A DNA stretch of 64,000 nt from Pecten maximus (taxonomy: Eukaryota): NCBI RefSeq assembly GCF_902652985.1, contig NC_047033.1, positions 6,076,001 through 6,140,000 of the forward strand, in the 5' to 3' direction. Below are positions 31,715-43,636 of this stretch, piece after piece (position 1 is the first letter of the stretch; every line of letters starts with the position of its first letter). The notes under the pieces were generated by a model that worked only from the letters and a program-made list of their open reading frames with translations, had not been told where the DNA came from and made no database searches. The translations under genes and the position numbers were made by a program.

Positions 31715-32300
31715 TCACTTTCGCCCTTTACACACCTGAAAGATCACATTTTGCATCTATGGAAGATCGCTCTTTGCACCCCTGGGAGCTCACGCTTTGC
31801 ACTCCTGGATGATCGCCCTTTACCACCATTTACACCCAAGGTAGATCGCTTTTTGCATCTATGGAAGATCGCAACTTGCATCTCTGGAAGACCGCCCTTT
31901 ACACCCATTTAAAGATCGGGCTTTGCATCCATGAAAGGTCGCCCTTCGCACTCCTGGTAAGATCGTCGTTTGTATCTCTGTTATATCACTTTTTGCACCA
32001 CTTGAAGATCGCCCTTTGCGCCCCTGGAAGAGTGCTCTTTGCATCCTTGAAAGATCAACCACTGCATCTCTGGAAGGTCGCCCTTTGCACCACTTGAAGA
32101 TCGCGCTTTGAACTCCTGGAAGATTGCTCTTTGCATCTATGAAAGATCAACCACTGCATCTCTGGAAAGTCGCACTTTTCACCCCATGAAGATTGCGCTT
32201 TGAACTCCTGGAAAGAACGCCCTTTGTACTCCTGGAGAGGTTGTCCGTTGCATCCCTGTTAAATCGCCTTTTGCACCTCTGGAAGATCGCCCTTTGCAAC
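31715..32300. repeat. Degenerate ~23-bp tandem repeat (gaagatcgccctttgcacccctg)
   Basis: The unit recurs about 24 times with heavy divergence. Confidence 0.8.
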
Positions 32301-32867
32301 TATTCTATTATGCTTCTGGTTTCTCCTTAGTCAAATAATATTTGTCTGCGCTAAATAGGCGCACTTTTAACCTCGAGACACACTTAAATCTCTCTTTCCA
32401 ACCAGTAAAACCTGGTAATTTTGTGTCTCCGTAGTTATATCTGATATGAATTTTGTGTCTCCTTGGATACCTCTATTATACTTGTCAGTTTCCTTACTTA
32501 CATTCCTTATGACAAGTGTCTCCCTAGTGCATCAGACCTGACCTATGGTTCTATTGTAGCGTCATTAATGTTGCTTTACTTAAGGAAATCCCTTAACTTA
32601 AAATTGCTCAAAGGAAAGAAAGCATTGTAATATTTAGATAAGTTCCTGCATTCATACTTCTGTTTAAATTCAGGGCCACATTCTCAGACAAGGTTTGTGA
32701 TAAACGGTGAAAAAAAAATAAAAAATAAAAAATAGCACTTTATTTCCCAATCAATCACACCTTTTGAATGAATTTGGAACTTTACAACATCTTTTACAAA
32801 TGTTCATAAGAAACAATAAAGCACTTCTATTTTGCCAATAATAACATTGTTTTTATTAATGTGAAAC

Positions 32868-35250
32868 TTAACTTGTCTTCCATCCCGAAAATGTTGGATT
32901 TGAGACTTCTGTAGATATTTTACCTCTCGCGATGTGACCTACACGAACAAATACATGGTCTCCCTTGCTGAGAGCCAGTACGGTGGTGGCAGATGTTTGG
33001 TGCAAGTCTCCAACCTCGTCTGCGTCTGTGAACGAGTTTCCTAGTGCAACGCCATTTACAATCAGCTGTGACTGAAATGATGCATGCCGATCTGCCATGG
33101 GGTCCAAGTAATGACGTAGGTTCCGGACTCTGGGGCACTGTAATAATACAAACGTTTCGATGTATGTTAATAAGTTTTTTTCATTGCTATAGCAAACCAC
33201 ATAGACAACTGTATTCGCCGTTACAACAAAACGCACACACGACACCTGTCTACTAAGTATTAATACCTCTAAAGTTCAGCTTTAAATAGGTAAATGTTTA
33301 CGTAAAGCGTGCTACTGTGCCAGATTATTACAATGTACAGTTGTGTCGTATGGGAAAATAAGTACATCTTCAATACCACGACAAATAACAAGTATTTAAA
33401 TGGTAAAATAGGTTCCGAAAATGGTAAGAAGCACTCTCACACTGGTATTGTGCGCGGTGCGTTTGGTGTAATACCGTGAGGTGATGCATGAGTGTAGATT
33501 GATGCGGTGTTGTGATATAAGTGTTGGTGAGGTAAGGTTTATATGTGGTGCGTTTTGAGCTATGAGACGTTCGTGCTGTGGTATGGTGTAAAGTTGTGAT
33601 AGGACGAGTGCGGTTCGGAGGTTCAGAGCTGTGCCGTACGGTAGTGTGCGATGATTGTTTGTCAGTTATAAAACCTGGTTCTGGCTTAAAGCTTAAAACA
33701 CAATTATTAATTTTACACCTGTAGATGCCATCAAGTGGATTGTATCCGTCTCCTTGATCGAGCTGTTCCTGGTCAAAGACAACTGTTGAATGCGGACTAG
33801 CATCTACAGTATGTGAAAGCGAGGCATGGAAGGCAATCGTCTGTCCTGTCGCTACTCCTGGAACCAAGAACAAAAACTAATATAATTGTTTGATATATTA
33901 TTAAAAGGAACTCATGCATGACCAGGGGAAGTATAAGTCTGCAATATAACTGTGATGTAAGATGAGACATATTGTGGAAGCCCTAGTGGCTATGTAAGAT
34001 GTTACTTTATGTTACATGCAAGTTAGTCCAAATCATATCAAATAAAATAAACGTTGGCATAGTTCGATTGCACAAAAAGAAAAAAAAAACGAAAAAAGAA
34101 AATTTGTCATCGAAGATTAAACATTATTCTCAAATCAAGCAATTACTTTTTCTGTATTTAAGGTAGAAATATTACACCATATTATGATATAGTGAAGACG
34201 ACCATGGGACTACTATTCTGACCAATGTTACTAAAATACAGCTTCTTAATCTTTTTCTGACATTTTGCAAACGTATCTTGTAGACGTAACCGCAATACAT
34301 CACACGATGCATTATAGGTCATTTGTGTCAATCAGAACTATTACAGACACTATTTCATTACTATGTTGAAATCATAATTCATATGATGAAAGGTTAATCT
34401 ATATAGACAATACACAGTATAAAAATAATTATTGAGCACAGGTAACAAGTCTGGTACCGTCTTTTAACTGTATTGCATTTTGGACTATGCATAGCTGACC
34501 ATTTAAAGTGTTTGTTTTTGATGTCACTGTATTTACCTCTCGAAAAATGACAAATACCAACGACGTATTCGATAGTCTAGTTTTTCCGCAAAATACCAAA
34601 ATCTAACACCCCAGAGCGAAAAAAAACACACAAAAATTACGTTTTTGTTGGAATCCCTGTACCTCAGTGTCTTTCAAATGAACACGGCGATGGCGGAACG
34701 TCTTCGAGGAAGTCCATTGTGGTTTATAGTCATCAAGTGAAGGGGTACCGAGTTGTGCAATGTGTGGATTTTGTATGTTTTCACGTTGAAGGATAGAAAT
34801 ACCGTCTGCCGATGTATTTGTGTAGTCGTGGCGTTTGTCAGATGTAAGAGATTCGTTGACGATAAATTTTGTCCTATGTGTATTTTCACGTGATGTAAAC
34901 AGATTCGATGAATTAATGTCCTCCAAATTGGCGAACACGTCCGACTTCGATTCTAAGGTAGGTGTTGTTTGTCCTTGAATTCCAGCATGCTTAGAATTCA
35001 CCAGTTGAAGTAATCTCACGTCCTGTTTTAACTGCATCATCTCTACATTTTGGTTCTGTAGTTCACTTTTAAGTTGAGCTATGTGTCCGTCTTTGATATT
35101 CATCAGACGTTCAAAATGGCCGACTTTCTGATTTACAAATATTACGAGTTCATTCCATTCCCGAGGTAGGAGTTCCTGGTTAGACACCCCAGTGTGTATT
35201 TGTCCAAATTCACAGGAAACACAAAATATTAGTAAAAGAATAACATACAT
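32868..35250 (-). CDS. Secreted coiled-coil C1q-domain-containing protein. Exons 35250-34641, 33857-33719, 33137-32868; apparent 1-nt frameshift near 33100 (pseudogene or assembly error)
   Basis: Signal peptide MYVILLLIFCVSC, a heptad region, and a gC1q domain: IAFHASL...VVFDQEQLDQGDGYNPLDGIY|SAPESGTYVITWT...LSKGDHVFVR...TFSGWK. Confidence 0.85.
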
Positions 35251-35458
35251 ATTGGTGGACCTAATCTAGGACAAATAACAGTCGTGGGATTTGGACGGCA
35301 GTATAATCAACGATTACTGTACTGGTCGCGTGTCTTATCTGTTGGTCTCTTGTTAACCCGGATCCATGGATTTCTACAGATTGTCATATGATAAGGTTAG
35401 CTCATGGTATGTTTAAAGTCGAGACTATATTCAGCATATTTTGTTAAATATGTTTTTG

Positions 35459-37840
35459 TTACTTGAAAAAAATACTTCTTTTTCCAATGGTTAAGTCTTT
35501 ATTATACCATAATGGGGTTTTCCAGATATTTTTCTTCTTAATTTGTTTTACCCTATCACATTCATCAAAACTATTTTTACATTTCTTTAGACACTCCCGA
35601 ATATATTCATTACCACAGGTGGATAGCATATGTAGATCAATAATAGTTTTTAAAATGACTTGCCATTTACCTGACTTCTGAAATAGCCTTCTTACCCATC
35701 CTAGCTTCAAAGAATCAATAAAAAGTCTAATATCTACCATTTTGAGTCCTCCATCACTGTAATCCTGTATTAATACATCCCTTTTTATTTTGTCTGTTTT
35801 ACTATTCCACAAAAAATTAAAAAGTATCTGGCTAAGATTATTCAAAAAGTGATTGTCTGGATTTGGCAATGACATAAATAAATGATTCAATTGAGATAAC
35901 AACAGAGTTTTGATGAGATGAATTCTACCTATTGGAGTAAGTAATCTCCTACTCCATATCTTAATAATAGATTTAAGTTTGATCAACTTTTTGTCAAAGT
36001 TTAATTTGGGAATTTCATGAAGATTAACACTAAATTCTATGCCAAGAAGGGTAAATTTTGCCATTCCCCATTTTAATTTTAACTCTGGCAGAAAAGTATC
36101 TTCACTATATATTTTACTCCCTATCCAAATCACCTGTGTTTTGTCTATATTCAATTTCAAACCAGAGATTTTTGCAAAGGTATTCAATTCAAAAATGGAC
36201 TCCCTTAAAGAATTTTCTGAACCATCTAATATCAGAGAGGTATCATCAGCATACTGTGAGATTAGGATTGGAGTGTTACTAACATTTATGCCTTTAATTC
36301 TACTGTTATTTTTTAGTCTAATACTCAAAATTTCTACACAAAGGATAAAGATATATGGAGCGATTGGATCCCCTTGCCGACAGCCTCTTTTAATATTAAG
36401 GAAAGATGACAAATTGCCCCCTTGATTTACAGTAGCATTTACATTATTATGCAGTACTTTTATCCAGTTTTGTATGTCAGGACCAAAATTGAAAAATTTG
36501 AAAACCTTATCAATAAATCTCCAAGAAACAGAATCAAAAGCTTTTTCAAAATCTATCATTAATAACATTCCTGGAATATTGTTTTCCTCAGCATATTGCA
36601 TAACATCATAAACTAATCTAGTGTTTTCCCCAATAAGTCGGCCAGAAAGAAAACCTGTTTGATCATCACTTATGAGTTTATCTAAAACATTTCTAATTCT
36701 ATTTGCTATAGATCCAGAGGCAATTTTATAGACTATATTTAATAATATTATGGGTCGCCAATTTTTCAAAAACTGTCTAGGTTTATCCCCCTTAGGAATA
36801 CACGTAATTATACCTTGTCTTTGTGTAACTGATAACATACCTTTCTTATATCCAAAATTTATAGACCTTATAATAAAAACCCCTAGATATTTCCAAAAGC
36901 ACTTAAAAAATTCCACAGTGAAGCCATCTGAACCAGGGCTCTTATTATTTTTCATGTTCTTCAAAGTTTTTGCTGCCTCATCAATAGAAATAATGCCTTC
37001 TAAGCTTTCAGAATCACCATGATCTAATTTTCTTACACTAAAAGTATCTAAAAAATCCATCAAATTTACATCTTCAATTGTTTCATTGTCTGCATATAAT
37101 TTTTCATAAAATGAACGAATCTCTTCAAGAATATCATCCTGCTTCGAAATAACTACATTATTCTCTTTATCAATTTTTGGTATTATTTTGGATGTGAAAT
37201 TCCTATTTTCTAGATTAAAAAAATAACTTGTCGGTTTTTCTCCTTCTTCTTGCCATTTTGCCCTAGACCTTACAAAACTGCCCTTAATCCTATTAAGCCT
37301 GATATTTTCTAATTCCTTTTTCTTTCTTTCAAGTTCTTCCACATCTACCTGTTCCTGCTCTTCAATATCTTGAATGGCTTGTCTTAGGTTATTTTCAGTC
37401 TGAGTTTGTTGTTTCTTTCTATAAGATGAATAAGATATTGTTTTCCCCCTAATTTCCATTAACAAAATTTCAAGAAAGAGTTGATCATTAATTACATACT
37501 GTAAATCTGTATCAGGAATGTTGGCAATACTGTTAAGGTTGTAAACTGGAAGACAATATTGAGTTTTTATATCCAAAATAGTTTTTTAACTAGTTGTAAA
37601 TATTCTTCATGGTATAATAAGGACGTGTTAAATTTCCAAACCCCCCTCCCCCGTCTGAATTCGTTAAATTTTAAATTTACTGTTGGGAATGAATGGTCTG
37701 ACCTATATCCAGATTCTATACCTGAGCTATTGACACTAGATAACAGATTGTCTTATAAAAGGAAAAAATCCAATCTAGCCTGTTTAATTGGGGTTTTCTT
37801 CCTCCACGTATACCTTCTACTATCAGAATGTAACTCCCTA
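35459..37840 (-). mobile_element. L1/Tx1-clade LINE ORF2 fragment (endonuclease C-terminus + complete RT), truncated at both ends
   Basis: 705-aa ORF with KSPGSDG, NWRPIILLN, IDFEKAFDSV, RQGDP and QYADD. Upstream EN motifs (YTW...RLDFFL, SDH, WKFN) are offset by a stop and a frameshift. Confidence 0.95.
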
Positions 37841-38057
37841 GTCATGCATCTTGATATTTCGACGAAACACACAACACAGCTGAAACGTTTTCGTCTGCCA
37901 TATAGCTCAGTGATAACACGACCTCACTTTATAAGTTGACTGTGGGTTATATAGCGCGCTCCAATTCCACAATTGTGTAGGAGGTAAAGGTGTAACACAA
38001 AACCACTTTCACGAGTACATATACTCTTACTTTAGTGATCGGTAGTACACGTACATC

Positions 38058-39625
38058 ATGTGTGTGGCTATCATCATTATTTTATTGGCGGTCTCTACAT
38101 ACGGTTGTCATGGCCAGGTACCAGATGCAGTAAATCTGCCCAGACAATGGCAAGACCTTGTATCGGTAGTTGACCAAAAAATTGGTCAAATGGAAAACCT
38201 GGTGAACATTCAAGATCAACGCATCGACCAGCTGGAAAATAAACTACAAACTCAAGTTTCTGAAATAACGTCGCTAAAACGTTTAATGAATCTAAAGGAT
38301 GTTGTTCTAACAAAATTGATGAAACAAGTTGCGGATTTAGAGAATCGTGTGGATATAAGTCCTAACACAGATATCAATGGAAACATACCAGGGAACACCA
38401 CACGATTCCCTGAAGAATCAACTACCTTAACCAATCGGAGTTCTGTTGTCCCGGAACAGCCGTATGCTGTTCTTAGGGACTCTCGCGTACATTCACCCAG
38501 CGAAGACAATGAACAGGTCAGCGTGGAACTCCAAGACGCATCCAGGGACTTGACGAGATCAGCACATTCCAATCGTAAGTTTGAATTTACTGTTGGTAGT
38601 TGCCTGACTAACAAGATACTAGATCAACTTCATCACATTGTGACTTAATCAACCAACTCGATACCGAAATGCTTGTCAGAGGCACAATATACTTAATATA
38701 CTTATAGAAAATGATTACGCATGTAAACCAATAGCCACAATGGTTCATCGGCATGGTATACGTAGTGGTTACACATTGAGTATTTGTTGTACACTTGAAT
38801 ATGGTATATCTTTTACTCTCGTTGGATATTTTTTAAAAGTTACACAATAACGAGCTTTAGCGAATAATTTAATTATCCTGCAATAATAAAGTAGCCAACC
38901 GCCTACCTTGATTGAAAGATTATCTATTGGCCACCTAGGCTTATTTCAGGATAATGATGCTACTATAAACGTTCGTATTTTATCGGTACTTTTGTTTTAG
39001 CGCTACCTGCCATCAAATCATCGTAATAAAATATCACTCTGCCAGTATGAGTGGTGTATACGTCATGTTATTGTTGCGCTGTAATTTGTCATTAACAAAT
39101 ATAATGCGCTAAAATTTGATTCCGCCAAAATAAGTTTTTTCCCACCAAAATGGGTACTTTTCCCGCCAAAATTAGTCCTTTAACAGTAGTCATTCTTGTT
39201 TGACAGGTGCAGCCTATCAAGAACAGGTTGCTTTCCACGCCTATCGTACCTCAACTGTAACCCTTGGCTCACTAGCCACGGTAGTGTTTGACCACGAGAC
39301 ACTAGACCAAGGGGATGGATATAACCCCCGTGACGGGATATACGTGGTACCAGAGTCTGGCATATACGTCATCACATGGACTATGATTTCCTTGGGCCGC
39401 TGTGCATTCCAAAATCAACTGGTTGTAAACGGAGCGACAAGAGGGAATACTTGGACAGATTCAGAAGAAATTGCGGACAGCCACCAAGTGACAGGGACCG
39501 TGCTTATCAACTTGAATCAAGGCGATCGTCTCTTTATTCGCATGGGTCGAATATATCGTAGCGGCGGAATCTTCAGTGATGCTTCTTATGCCAACCCTAC
39601 GTTTTCAGGCTGGAAACTTGGTTGA
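38058..39625 (+). CDS. Secreted coiled-coil C1q-domain-containing protein. Exons 38058-38574, 39207-39625
   Basis: Signal peptide, coiled coil, a phase-1 GT-AG intron, and an intact gC1q domain (VAFHA...VVFD...GDGYNPRDGIYVVPESGIY...LNQGDRLFIR...TFSGWKL). AATAAA at ~39705. Confidence 0.93.
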
Positions 39626-39806
39626 ATTAAAATGGCAGGCAATTTGATTTCTTTTAACTTTAACTTTGTGTTATATCTAATTTTATTTTATGAAATTCTG
39701 GGAGAATAAAAGAAATCCTCTTCAATCCAATTTGTTATAGTTTGCTGAATTTGTCAACATGACTTCGCTTTGAAGACGGAGTATATATATATATATATAT
39801 ATATAT

Positions 39807-40667
39807 GGGGCAAAGAAGTAATTCAAACAGTGTGGACAATGAGGCTTGTTAAATTTTCGAGGCAATCCGCCCCTTTATCAAAACACAAAAAATACAAATA
39901 CAATCACATAATATATATAAGACCTGCTACCCTCGGGGACCATTATATTTGACAATTCATGTAGTTAATTATTCAATTTGTTAAAATTTTCATAATTGCT
40001 GTACTTTTTTGGGCATCAATTCATTGTTGCTCTTTGAGACTCACATTTAGTCGCCTCCCGCCATCAACAGCATCTTGGTCCGATTTGGCCCGAACCGTCT
40101 GTTTCCTGTAGCGTCATGTAGGGACACTTCGGCATTCGTATTTCTTATATTCTCAGTCTTGATAAATATTCGTAGTAGTTTTTTTTACACCACTCTCTAT
40201 AATTCTAATTATCTAAAAGATATTTTTCAAAAGTTTTTCAGACTTTGTACACGATATTTAATCAATCACTGTAGAGACGATAATTTAACATTTTTATTCT
40301 GAAATCTGATATCAATGCAATGTCGTCCACTAGCAGTATTTAGCGACGAATCGTCTTTGAACTCTTCGATATACTTTCACGTGCGGGGGAATTCAAAATA
40401 TCTCTGCCGTTGGTCGCATAGCGTTCTAGTGTTGAACATGATACAGTCACGCTAGTATCCGCATTCGGCCCACGTTTGCCGAAAGGTTCATATTTGTTTC
40501 TCCAGTTGCTAAAACATTATTCTTATTGTATTTTAGTGTATTTCCAGTACTTCTTATATATATTATGTGATTGTATTTGTATTTTTTGTGTTTTGATAAT
40601 GGGGCGGATTGCCTCGAAAATTTAACAAGCCTCATTGTCCACACTGTTTGAATTACTTCTTTGCCCC
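39807..40667. mobile_element. MITE with ~115-bp TIRs inserted in (TA)n
   Basis: ggggcaaagaagtaattcaaacag...atataaga is matched by its reverse complement at 40552-40667. Confidence 0.85.
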
Positions 40668-40770
40668 ATATAATCATTACAAGTAATTCGTATCCTCCAT
40701 ACATTTATGTGAGGATCCAGTGTCATCTGGATTATACCGTTTATATTACTTCTTTGACCCATATATATAT

Positions 40771-41085
40771 TGTCAAGTAGTAATGACGACAGTACAGACA
40801 AGTAAATTGTCGAATTTTCGAGGCAATCTGTCCCTTTATCAAGACACAGGTAAATTACATACGATCACATATAGACATAGAACATGGAACAGTTACACAA
40901 ATATAGTAGGTATAAACAACAAAAATATCGTAATGTTGTAAAAACGATCCCCCCTCGGCCGATAATTAATTCGCCGAGGGCCTATTATGATTAATTAGGA
41001 CAGATGCTAAAAGTAAATGAATAAATGAGATTGCCTCGAAAATTCGACAATTTACTTGTCTGTACTGTCGTTATTACTACTTGAC
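40771..41085. mobile_element. Related MITE with ~57-bp TIRs inserted in (TA)n
   Basis: tgtcaagtagtaatgacgacagtac...cgaggcaatc / gattgcctcg...attactacttgaca. Confidence 0.85.
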
Positions 41086-41191
41086 ATATATCTATTTCTA
41101 GTAATACGCATCCAACATTTGTTTGTTAGGATCCAGTACCTATATTGGTTTATACCGTCGTTATTACTTACTAGACCCTATATATATATAT

Positions 41192-41328
41192 AGCTTAGAA
41201 ACACAAATGACGAAGGAAGACAACTTTTTGACTCGTGCCCTGACCGGGCCTCGAACTCACGATCTACGGCACCCAATCGCCTAGCCAGAAATATCCACAG
41301 CCTATACCGCTGCGCCACATCGGTGTTC
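41192..41328 (-). mobile_element. Short tRNA-derived SINE flanked by (TA)n on both sides
   Basis: Minus strand A-box tggcgcagcgg and B-box gagttcgaggcc; no canonical cloverleaf. Confidence 0.75.
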
Positions 41329-41675
41329 TTTATATATATATATATACATATTTCTCTCTCTTAAGGATAGCTACCATGAAAGGCGTTTGACCAGTAGATA
41401 ATAAAATATCAAAACTAACCACAACTTCTATCTATCGATTGTCTTTTATAAAACTTATTCCTGACTGGGACTTCGTAAATATGACAACATTGATGATCCA
41501 ACGATAAACATTGCACAGTAACGGCATTTTGTTTCTATCGATATACTGGTTTATGAACCGAAGATAATCAATATCGACCGAGACTAGAGGCATAATGTAT
41601 TTAGATTACTCAAAAGACACACATACCGACAACACATCTGAGTTAAAGATATTGAAGTAGATATAGTATATATTG

Positions 41676-42670
41676 AACAAGCATATACAGTATTGCTAAA
41701 GCAATGCATGTGATCTACCGGGCCCCGATAGTTATAATGGTCCTTTACAAATGTCTGAAGTTTGATCCTAATCCCTCAAGGAATGAAGCCTCTAGAGGAG
41801 TGACGATGACTATCTAAAAATAGTAATCGCGACCTTGACCCAATATCCCTGAAAGCGAAGCTTGTCTGGGATATTAAAGTGCTTAATTAATGTTTTAAGT
41901 TTGATTGAATTTCTCTAAGTAATGAAGCCACTACAATGCCGACATTGAATATTCTAAAATAGTAATGGCAACCTTGACCCCGACCTAACAACTCTGAAAC
42001 TGGAACATGTCGATATATCATGGTCCTTTGTAATTTTGTGAAGTTTGATCAATATTCACACTGGACTGAAGACACTAGAGCTTTCTAAAGAGAGTAACGC
42101 AGAACGTGACCTTGACTAGACCCGCCAACTCTGAATCTGAAAGTTGTTTGACCTTGACTAGACCCGCCAACTCTGAATCTGAAAGTTGTTTGACCTTGAC
42201 TAGACCCGCCAACTCTGAATCTGAAAGTTGTTTGACCTTGACTAGACCCGCCAACTCTGAACCTGAAAGTTGTTTGACCTTGACTAGACCCGCCAACTCT
42301 GAACCTGAAAGTTGTTTGACCTTGACTAGACCCGCCAACTCTGAACCTGAAAGTTGTTTGACCTTGACTAGACCCGCCAACTCTGAATCTGAAAGTTGTT
42401 TGAGATATCATGGTCCTTTACAAATAAATGAAGTATGATCAAAATCCAAATCCCTCAACGAACGAAGCTGCTAGAGCACTTACAAGGATTTTTCTAAAAA
42501 AAGAAGTAAAAAGTAATAGTGACCTTCACCTTAACAAACATCCCCGAAACTCGATCTTGTTCGAGATACCAGTTATCGTTGTGTGAAGTTTGATAAAAAT
42601 CCGTCAAGGACGTACATCCAAATTGACATGGGTACAAGACGGACGGAGAGGAAGCTTGTAGTCCCAATGG
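41676..42670 (-). mobile_element. Probable HINE-like element with degenerate gaccttgac units and a young 42-bp tandem array (42107-42402, 7 copies)
   Basis: aacaag...attgctaaagcaat hairpin at one end and gacggacgga near the other; the 42-bp period gives the 14-aa repeat ORFs. Confidence 0.6.
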
Positions 42671-43636
42671 ATTCTTCTGCATTATACAGCTGTGTCGTCC
42701 CTCTTGGAACTTCATATATGCCTAAATCATTAGTGGGAAATATAAGCTTTAAGAAATTAAATATAATTGGGTCTTAACAATAGGTCGAAGTCATATAAAA
42801 GGAGATTAACTAACCAACATTTCTATCAATTCAAATTGGTTTAGATACAGAAGATTGTTAGTTAAAGAACATATAGAATACATGAAAGAATTCGTAAGAT
42901 TTTAAGATCATAATGTTGCGGATTGCTAACTTCCTCTTGTGATATGCTGTCACGCAATCGCCATGTTGCTAGTTAGAATCCCTCTATGGTGCGGATTAGC
43001 CTCTCTCTTTTGATGTTGCCTCACAAACCATCATATTGCGGATTAAACTCACTCTTGCGATACTGGCTCACAATCATAATGTTCCAGATTCATCATAAGG
43101 TGTGGTGAACATATATCCGGTTTTGGATGCACGTCGATATCTTTGTAGTAATTAACAACCATTTAGATTACAACTTAATGAAAAGTATTGATAGTAAGTC
43201 GTCTTCATCAAATCTGAACGTTATTTGTTTAAAACTAAACGCTGGGTTATAATGCACAAATATGTATTTGTGATACAGTAATTTTGTAGTGTTTTAGGCG
43301 AGTCCAAAACATTTTCAAACTTTAGCCGTGTCCCAATTCTCAGAGACAGAGGGTTTTCAAAATTTAAGAGAGTCCCACATAAAGAGAGTAAGCCTGGGAC
43401 TACAAAATATACCCAAACATCACTGGTCAGCCTCAAATTATAAAAACCGCTTGATTCTAAGATACTCCAGATATGTATGTCCAATATCATTAAAGACACT
43501 GTATTGTTATCGATGACACTAACAACCGCCGATGACTACATTTGTATTTGGTATGTATTTTATTAGTGGTAGGGACACATTCTCTCTCACTGGCAGTGGT
43601 TCATTTTGCAATTTTGTCCAAGCTTTTTGAAATCGT

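Noticed and set aside
33139-33717. Solo LTR interpretation of the C1q insertion (TG...CA ends)
   Set aside because: With those ends the flanks give no 4-6-bp TSD, whereas the TACAG duplication restores the reading frame exactly. Not fully excluded.
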